A DNA stretch of 64,000 bases from Tubulanus polymorphus (lineage: Eukaryota > Animalia > Nemertea). Positions within the stretch are counted from its first letter, which is position 1. Each line of letters starts with the position of its first letter. Position numbers and translations under genes: made by a program. The stretch lies in the NCBI RefSeq assembly GCF_964204645.1, contig NC_134028.1:5642001-5706000 (forward strand), given 5' to 3'. This document shows, piece after piece, positions 54,372-64,000 of the stretch. Under the pieces are notes generated by a model that saw only the letters and a program-made list of their open reading frames with translations, was not told where the DNA came from and did no database searches.

Positions 54372-54452
54372 CAACTAGCAAGTGTCATTTGACAACTAGC
54401 AATTGGCAACAAGCCTTACTAGCAAATGGCAACTAGCAATTGCCAACTGGCA
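54372..54452. repeat. Short degenerate tandem repeat (CAACTAGCAA core)
   Basis: About five copies of (CA)ACTAGCAA-like units. Confidence 0.65.
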
Positions 54453-54996
54453 TGGCATACCTTCCATAGTAGGAAATGTCCATTGCACCTATTAGTCAGT
54501 CTGCTCCGTGTCACATGGAAGCGAATGCGTTCACGGCTTTAAACTGATTAAAATCTATATTTGCCGAAAAAATGTCTAGCGTGTGAGAATTACAAGTGGA
54601 AGGAAAATGCTACTTCATGTATTTCTAGTCAATGGAGCAAAGCCATTAGGTTAGTATTGACAAGAAGCTCCAACCCGGAGCGCTTCCCTGTTAGCGTTCA
54701 AACATTATGTAGACTGGTTACCGGTCTAGGCAACCAATCTACCAAATGGTTACATCGCAGCTAAACAAACGGTATTCATATCTCGGAGTATTATTAATGT
54801 TGGGGTAACCGAATATACGTCAAAAATACTGGTTTCTTATCTTTTTAGAAAAAGTGAAATATAGGGAAATTTGCTGCTGTCGGTATGTAGCGTTTCCTTA
54901 TTTCTTTTTCTTTTAAATATTTTCGAATGGATACTGGAATAGGCCTTTTTTGGCAAATTTGTAAAAAAAGTTTCAAACAGAAACACCGACTGGGGA

Positions 54997-55186
54997 AAAA
55001 GTGCAGCTCCGCACCTCTCCGCGTAAACGGTTCAATCAATTACGTTAAATATCATTGTTTCAGATTCAAAATGTCATCAGCAATTCAGTACATTGCCATT
55101 GGTTAATTTTAAGATATCCTCACTAGAGAGAGTAGAAAGATTTTAGCAGATTGCGTCAATCACGAGAGGTGCAGATCTGCACTTTT
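54997..55186. repeat. 23-bp inverted repeat pair (probable MITE remnant)
   Basis: AAAAGTGCAGCTCCGCACCTCTC and GAGAGGTGCAGATCTGCACTTTT, 21/23 complementary. Confidence 0.6.
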
Positions 55187-56749
55187 AGCTAAATTGCTGA
55201 CAACCACACGACACAAAAGAACTCAAAAAGGGGTGTGAGGCAATTTTCTTAATGCAAGTGCAACAGCATCTAGGGACGGCAAATATGAAATAGATACAAG
55301 GGAGCCAACCCCTCACTGGATAATCCGAGCTTAGGTGTGTCACTTCAACAGTTAGTAACTGCGCTAGACTATTTGGCGGTCAAATATTTACGACTTTTTC
55401 GTTGTGCCAACGGTGCTGGTACCGGCACTCCAATAGTGATTTCTACAGTGCCCTTTCCTTAGATTGAAAGAGACGCCATTTTTTTAACTGGCGCTCTGAA
55501 TAGGATCATGAGTGGCTTAGAATGGGACCACAAAATGCTTAGCTTTTACCAGTACAACTGTAGACACATTATGTTTTCATAGAAATAACAAATCTCTGCG
55601 CTTTTCCAAGTAGTTTATGTAGGTTGCAATGTGCTACAATTTATAAATCGTTAGTCTAACTATGATAAGCATTTTTATCGGGTGAGCTTAAACCAACCCG
55701 ATTTTGAACCTAAAACCAATAAACGATGGGTCCATTACGCTACTGCATTGTTGGTAAAGGCAGTAAAAGGTTTAATACAATTAACACCAGCAATTAGGCC
55801 TAAGTCGCTCACTAATTAGGCAACTCGTACTAAGATCTCATCTTCAGATTCACTTGTAGCGTCTTCTAACTGTTTGCGATGTATCGTTTGCCTCTGTTGA
55901 TCACTATTGATTCTGAACCACTTGATGTGACTTGTTGTGCATTGGTGTGTAATATCGATAAGAACGCTTGAACAGCTTCATCAATCACATATCGACATTG
56001 ACATAGATTTCATTCGTAGCGTGAAAAGTCATCGAAGTACGCGATATTGCGCTATCCTACTTTTACATTAGACTCGGGTTTCTTGAATGAATCTGGAAAA
56101 ACTGATGTAAATTGAATCAAATTTTCTCATCTTGGTTGCTAGTTTTCAGTTGTTCATGTAGCCGATTAATTAGAACTTTTATATTATATTTAGTGAAAAT
56201 ATTATAATCGTATTTAATCTTTAAACTTCCAAGAAAAAATGTAAAAGTAAGATTGAGGACCTATTCTATCGTTTCGGTATTTCAACTTTTAACAATAGTT
56301 TCAACAATAGTTTCATTGGCTACTAAATAAAAACAGAGGCAGGGGGGATACAGGGAGTAGTAATTTTCCCGTGCTCTTTCGAAAATACGGTGGCAAAATT
56401 TTTCAGGGCATATTTTTGTCACCCATTACTGATAAGACCGCGGTCTGCGGCACAAGATTCAGCTTAACTCTTTTATTAAGTTACCCTGAAGTGCCTAGAT
56501 ATTGTATGAAAATGCCCTTACATTTCAAAAAATTTTCGAAACCTTGTTTTGGCTGTACTTAACTTGCCCTTTTTCGGTATGTATGCCCTTTTCATTGATT
56601 TGTATCCTGTCAAAGTTTGCCCAACTGGATTCGCTCCAGGGGAAGTTAAGTAAAATCAATCAATACGTTTCGATCGGTAGGCCTACAAGCTGATGATACA
56701 TGTCTAATTGCTAATGAAAGTTTTATGTGTCACATGTTACAAATGACGG

Positions 56750-57234
56750 GCACGCCAGAACGATATGATCATCGATATTATTGAAACGACGCCGGTCACA
56801 GCTGCGGTAGTCGGAAACACGTGCCGGTTTTTCAGCGTAGCCATCTCAACCGACGCGTCGTCGTAAATAACGTTAATACAAGAAATGAATATCGATCTAT
56901 CGATCGATCGCGGCGTTTTATTCCGCGAATGAAACTCTTTCTCGCGTATCAGAATTCCGCATTATTCTCGGCTGATCGATTGAAGAATGGATGCAGGGTC
57001 TCTACGGTCCAGCGGTTGCCGTCGAGCTTCGTAGGCTTTATAGGCCTATAACGATGGTGACTAAGTTCGATCGGTTTCGCGTCTTTTAAGGGATAGGTCA
57101 ATGAGATTTCCGTTGTATCGAGTGCGGAATTATCAATGAACTTTGTGTCGCGGGGCGGAAGAGACATCGATTCAGTGGCAGTCGAAGAGAAAGTATCTAT
57201 CGACGCCCACGCACGCGCCGATCAGTAGGTAAGG
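56750..57234 (+). promoter_or_regulatory. CpG-rich putative promoter and non-coding first exon of a gene lying beyond the window
   Basis: CpG-dense patch, Inr-like TTCAGT at ~57171, and strong donor AG|GTAAGG at 57228/57229. No recognisable coding exon follows within the window. Confidence 0.3.
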
Positions 57235-60200
57235 AGACGAGTGTCAGAAATTTCTCTGATCGTCGCGATACAACGAGCACCACTCGACTGCATCGCGGCT
57301 TTAATGCTGCTGCACCGTATTTATACGATTTCTACGAACACCTTCGAGTCTATTCGCGGCTCTATTTCTGATGATTTCACAAGGGGTCGAAAAATCCCAA
57401 AGTTAATTTTCGACGATGGATACGATGATGCTAGTTACCACATCGCATTGTAAGCAGCGGTTAGGCTTTCTATGAATTCTGGATTTATGCCGATAATCGA
57501 ATCAGTCTTAAGCGGCGCGGGGCTTGCTGCGATAGAGTTCGGTTATCAAAAATAATTTCCTAGCTGATATATTTGATGACGTCAAATATAGAATATAGAA
57601 TTGTCCTTTAAGCTGCTCTCAGGACGTGTGTAAGTAACTCTAGTGACTAGAGCGATGGCGATAGAATTCTAATGAAAGTCATTTGATTTTAATTTCATTG
57701 GATGATTGATATGGAAGCTCGTGCGATGAATAATCTGTAGGCTAAATGGCAGTGTATTATTGTGGTCACATCGTGTACAAGCGGTCATTCGATATTTTGT
57801 CGGTGTGAGGCTTACGAACGTGGATTAAGTCGTCTTAGAGAGCGAAATTCCTCGAGATTATTTCGCATTGATATACTCATTGTAATTGTAAGCGCGCCAC
57901 AGGTGTTTACGAACGAGGCAGTAAGTTGTAATAGTGTGCTGCCTTGAATAACGGACCGAGTGCTAAAGTGGCACATTAGAAAAAATCAGACATGTTCGGC
58001 TATGGACGCGAGGAAAACTGCTTGACGGAAATATTATCAAATTTCAAAATGATATCGTCGTTTCTAATACGGATATTTAAGAATGCGTTTTAGGAATAAG
58101 AATTGCTCGGTGAATCTAAGGCCGAATCAAAACGGTGTGTATGTTTGAAATTCGGCGTCGATTTCGTGTTTAGTAATCGGCGCAGGCGATCTTTTAGTAG
58201 ATGTAAGTCAATATTTGAAACACGAACACAAATACATAAAACAGAAACCTATGAAGCGCTAAATCAATATTATCAAGTTTCGAACGTTGCCAATTGATTG
58301 GCCATTATCGTTAATGACGTCAGACCTCGCGATCGCAAAATGTAAAAAAAGCTCGTATATTATCCGATAACAATTGTTCCTATCATTGTTATGTTTACCT
58401 GCGCTGATTCGTTGAGCTAATTAGATAGTCTCTCGTTAAGAACTTATTTATGATTTTCGTACCTACGTAAAACTTTGAAAAGGCTGCGTCGATCGCAAAC
58501 GCGTATAACTTGTAACGTTTGCGACACCGGTAAAAATCCGGTATCTACGAAAAGAAATCGGACGTTGAACGTTTTGCGAATTCATCTATTTGCAGACGAC
58601 TTTTCGGATTATTAAAGGCTGGTATATGTTTACTTCTAACTTCTACTAAACATCTCCAGCAAGTTTTATCGAAAACGATCCGTACGATTCATTGGTTATT
58701 GGCGTATTTTGTGAGAAAAACAATACGGAAAGAATAATATCGTGCGGCAGTTTTGTTTGGTCTCGCGGAAAAATTGCCCTCGCAGAATCATTTATATCTC
58801 CCGTAAATAGACAAAATGACTGGTGGGGAAATAACGCTTCACGAGATTAATGTTAGCTATAAACCGTCGTCGACGAAACCGAACGGCAGTCAATCTAATA
58901 ATGATGAACCAGCGGCGGCAGTCATCGATGGTACGTAGGCTGAACGTAGTAGTTACTCAATCCCCTGCAGTCCGCTCAGATCAATCTGACACAATGCCAG
59001 TAACGACTCCTTTTTCTTTAATGTCATTCATTTATCGATAGGTCGTAGCAAATGCTTTCTTGCTACAATCTGTAGTGATCGGTGCGGTTTTGACAAACAT
59101 ATTGCATCGGTTCTAATTTGAATGACTACAGCCCGATTTCAGATAGAAATCAGGTAACTTCTGTATAAGTTTGTTGATTGGAAATGTTTTCATTTGTCAC
59201 CAAATTGGCAGTTACTGTAGACGTTATGATAACTTCATAAAGCTGGGTTAATCTTGCGAACTTGTCGCACGCTAGGGGACTCTTTTGAACAGGGGCAGCT
59301 CCATGGGGTCTTGTGAGACTTGAAGTCCATCAAATCTTTGAGTGCCATTGTTCGTTTTATTAACAAACAAAAAATGGGGATTTTTGACATGAAAGTGTCA
59401 TTTGGGATGTTACAAGATCCTGTTACAAGTTACCACCAAGAAACAGCTGGGGTGTACAGTTTGATTTGCCCTTCAGCGTGGAAGTGATGTTATATTGCCT
59501 TTGAACATCAAAGTGCCCTTTTGCAATGTGACAAGTTCTTCAAATTTAGCCCCTGCATGCACCCGTGTTGAACTCACCGAATTCAATTTTTCCTTTAGTT
59601 TTAAGGTGGATAGGTGAATTCTGGAAAGGAATTCTGAAATAGACATTTTACATCAATGTTTCCGCTACCAGATTTCGTTGTCAGGCAGGTGGCCAGGTGT
59701 TTACTTCGTAAGCTCTCCCCTCTTCATAAGCCAACTATTGAAGTACTTGTTAGGCTTGTGCACCTGCACCCCGACTGTCAACTGAAATGTAGAAATTGAT
59801 ATTTTCAAATCCAGCTTGTTGATCCCCCGGGTATAGAAAAGTTGAGGATTCATATTTGGAAAAAATGTGCATCGATTGTATCGGGTTTATTTTATTACGA
59901 GGAACATTTTCATATTTAGTGCATTTCATGTTAAAATGAAACTGGACAAAGCTACCCTGGGTTATGTTCTTTGAATGTTTGTTTGATTAGAAGGCAAATC
60001 ATTTCAATGTCCACTGACATAAGTACCTGATATACTAAAAAAAATATCCACTGATAATAACGAAGTCAGTTGATAAATAGGCCTGTACTCAAATTGTGTC
60101 TGTTTTTGGGTTATGACTTATGACTGATAAGTACGTATGGTTTAAATATGCAGGACACGGTTAGATAGTTAGTCTAAACACAAAGTTAACTTCCTTTACT

Positions 60201-60499
60201 GATTGGGAATAAGGCTGGAAGACATCGTAAAAGTCTTTCCTGCCGTCGACTGACATGAAATCAAACCGAGTATTGATCATCAATACATCGCAATGTGAAC
60301 TAAATGATACGAATAATTATTCAGATTCAGGTAATTCTGTATTCATTATTCTGAAGGTCGTTCCGTAATCGCTATTCAGAAGGTGTTTTCTGGAGGTAAT
60401 CAATTTTGTGCATATCTATTTTTTGGAATATCTGCTAGAACCTCGAGAATCTTTGTATGCGTAGGCCTATATGTTTGTTTATCTTGCATTACCTCGTTC

Positions 60500-60603
60500 G
60501 TATCTCGGTTTCCCAAGATTGACCCTATTTGACGGGGCGGCAGTGTTGTCCGCACTCTAGTGTAATCAGCCAGCAGGACTCGAACCCGCTTGTCACCCAG
60601 CAC
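60500..60603 (-). mobile_element. tRNA-related SINE fragment
   Basis: Minus strand GCGGGTTCGAGTCCTGC is a B box within a T-arm hairpin, followed by a GC-rich body; no 5' tRNA half. Confidence 0.45.
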
Positions 60604-63600
60604 AAAAAATTCATAAAGACTAGTCTTTATGAATTTTTGTCAGCACTGATAGTCAATACGACAACAACATCACATCTTATCCTAGTGAGCTACTGGAGGC
60701 CTGAACATTGATCCGATAAAAATTCCTACACGGCCCATCACTTTATACCTGAAAATGTTAGATTCAGATGGGATATTATTCAAACCCACTGTATTGGTAT
60801 TGATGATGATTGAAGCAAGAAACATTGATTTGTTTCAGTATTGATCCAGGGTTTCTATTGAAAACCTAGAAGTTGAGGCCGAGTTAGAGATGTGATCTGT
60901 GATTATTTGCTCTCGCATCAATATTCCGTGCGTTAGTGGCAATATGAATGTCCGATTTCTATCACTGGTTCCTCTGATATGCGGCTGTATAGCGTGCATG
61001 TAAATTAGCTACTTTCACGAGAGCAGCTAGCAGTGCATTCCTATGCTGACCATCAATGTGATAGACAGCGACTCTGACGTATCTATTCAATAGTGGAAAA
61101 TGATTTATGATTTCCCAGTAGCAACCTAAAAGATATGATTATTATCAGATAAAGAATATGTGCTCCATATGGTCGTGTAGGCTGTGGTGCTAGTATTTAA
61201 CCATGTTTAGCACATCAGGGAGTTGGATATCATAAGGGAAATGAAAATTGAATACAAGAAAGATTCATGTTTTACTGTGCGTTTTGTCGTCTAGTGGATG
61301 ACTTAATTGTTTGAAAAGCAGACAAGATGTCTCACACTTGTGTATGACATATTGAGAATCGTTATGCAGCATGGTAGTTTATGACATGTGATGTTGTGAA
61401 TGGTTGAATACTTGATCGAAATTTTGCACGCATCAATTTCTCGATTGAAAATGATGTATTTTTGATATAGTGCTTCAATGATGGGAATATGACATGTATT
61501 TTAGCTGTAACATTAACATCTCTCTCCATCAACGAGAAGCACTGTCACCAAACATTATTGGAGCCAAATGTGAACTTGTGTTTGAGATATGTATTGATTG
61601 AAAAATGGCAGTAAGACTAATTGATATTTGTCTATGAATGGTTTTAAATCTCAGGGTTCCTGCGGGTCCTCGAATACCCTAAGATTTCAGAAATTCATCA
61701 AAATCTTAGCGGTGAAATGCCTTGAAATTTTAAGGCTAGTCCTAAGTCGTTAGATTGATATGCCATAACACGAAGGTCTTCAGACTAAACCTTGGCTTCA
61801 TAATTGGCTCCCTGTGGCTGTGATTGCAGGATTTTTCAATGGTTAGTGGAGGCTCGTGGTCGATGGTTCTCCATCAGCACTTTGGTTGCAGAAACCTTGA
61901 AGTATCCATTATAATAGATCGACATCCACAAATATAATATCTTATAATGGCTTGAGTGGCGTTTCAGTGCAAATTGAAATTAGAAGTGATGAATGCATTT
62001 GTAATGCAGCAGTGTCAGGCGTTGAACACACTGGCATTACATGTCACATACACTTCAGACAAATAAAGGCTGATTTCAACTGATTAATTCGATCAACGAT
62101 TCAGTTTAGATTGTGAATCAGCGCAAAAACCGTTCTTCAAAATAGATCAATAGCGTATACAGATGTTTGGGATAGTTTGACCCGCCGGACAGATATAGAC
62201 TGCCTACTGCAATAAACTGGTTTTCACAGTGGCCCTTCTTGTCTGTAGTTCTTAAATTTTACTAACATTTTCTGCACGAGTACATGTTGAGTCGACGTTT
62301 TAAGAGAAAGTTCATGAGTTTAGTCTGCAATCCGCTGATTCATGCATGTAAGTTTGTCCATTGATTTCTATCTCAATTTTATTCATATATCCAGCTGACA
62401 TGTGAACGCTTTCATCTTCCGCAATGACGCTGTTAAGATCTAATACATTTTCCATCAATTTTCTCGACTTATCTACCTCATACATATTATAGTAAACTCC
62501 TCTTTACTGGATAGAATTTTACCGAGATTGTCATTGAATTACTAAAGCTTCTGTTGAGAGAAGAGAATTATTTCTCCATTGATTTGACCAGTTATTAGTG
62601 GACTCAAATCTACTAGGGGGTTATATCTTCTCTGAAAAGTTATCGCGTCCAGAACGCTTTCGCTAAATAATGAGATATAAGAAAAAATGGATGCATGTGA
62701 ATTCGGATAGTTTAAGCTGCGACCACACAGGTGTTCACAGTTGTTCACACGGGTGCCAAATGAACCAGATTTGGCCCAATCAAAAATTTTGAACCAGGCC
62801 CAAGTCAGATTTTTGCATGGGTCAAAATTATCGCTGTGAATTGCTACTGGTTCTGGAAGGAATCATTTATTTCACTTTGTGCATTTTTAGTATCGAGTGA
62901 GTGATATATGTGTGAATGCGCTCTCTTATAAGGCACTGGCCAAATTTGACGCAGGTCTGGTGCGGGCCAAATCGTCTCCGTCTGATCGCGGTAGTAATTC
63001 TAGTAGTAAACGATATGATTTCCCCGATGTCGTGTTATTTGGGAGAGAAAACGCGATCGAACCATGAATAAATAAGTAGCCATTTTTCTCGGCGTTCGTC
63101 TCCCGTCGGAAATTAGTAGCGCACTATCCCGTACTCGCAATGTTCGCATCTTTTGCACCGTTATAGAAAGAGCTCGTTTTAGAAGACTCGACAACGCTTT
63201 CTAATCACACCGACGACGAGATGCCTTACATCAAAAACCCATTGATGTTCGAGGCTCAGTCGAGCTATCATGCAGAAATTTCCATTTACCCCGCGAAGAA
63301 AGTCGGCAATTCGTCCTCTTAAGATCATCGAAAATGTTACTTACGAAAATAGGGTTAGATCTATAGAAAATCTCAGTTGAATGAAGCTATCTGTAATTAA
63401 CAGGGTTCATAGCAGTCCGTTGAAGGCTTTGAAATGGGAATGGGTCGATTCGAGTATCAGGCATGGAATGGGCTCTAAAATCCTTAAATATAATCATTGT
63501 CATGATCCTCGAATGGCATCAGTTATCAGTTATCGTCTGTAGATCCAAGACACATGTTCACTGTAACAGCTCCTGATCTACTGATTACAAAGAATGCTTG

Positions 63601-64000
63601 GAAAACGTAGATTTCAGGATACCTGGCTTAACCATAACGATTACTGGTATGTTTAAGTCTTGGAATCGATAAAAAAATCGGTAAAAAACAAGTCTTTGAA
63701 AGGTCATTTATTGAGTTTGGTCATTGACACTATGAACCCTGGATTAGTATTTGAATAAAGATAATTGGATGGTTTACTAGCTTGGTTTTTGTTAGGCTTA
63801 TTTACCAGTTTGAAATATGGCAAGCTTGATATTCATCCCTTGGGAATCATCATATAGGGAACTGAAATAGTTGGTTTACTCGATCAGCTCTGTGAAGACC
63901 TGGGTGACGCGAAACATCACTCGGAATTGAAAGTAATTGATTACTTCCCAGTTATAATAAGAGCGCCGATCTCGCGATTATTCGATTTTTGCGCGGAGAT

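Overview
Eukaryotic, intron-rich, AT-rich animal DNA. The gene style suggests a marine invertebrate, probably a lophotrochozoan, but the taxon cannot be fixed from sequence alone. Seven protein-coding genes were assembled by hand from splice sites with phase checks: (1) the 3' part of a gene for a membrane-anchored protein carrying a bacterial-type AroQ chorismate mutase domain; (2) a type II membrane beta-propeller glyco-enzyme-like gene with an uninterrupted CDS (EKNW motif); (3) a small secreted protein with two ShKT domains that needs a 5-nt microexon; (4) GTPBP1; (5) ABAT; (6) a Storkhead-box (STOX) gene with a 17.7-kb intron; (7) a CYSTM1-like gene. An eighth gene, SGSH, has two GC-AG introns. 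Introns and intergenic DNA contain several MITE families, tRNA-SINE fragments and two satellites. The most notable signal is the spliced, probably cell-surface chorismate mutase domain, because animals lack the shikimate pathway. It sits in a 5-kb block of lineage-specific-looking genes at the start of the window.
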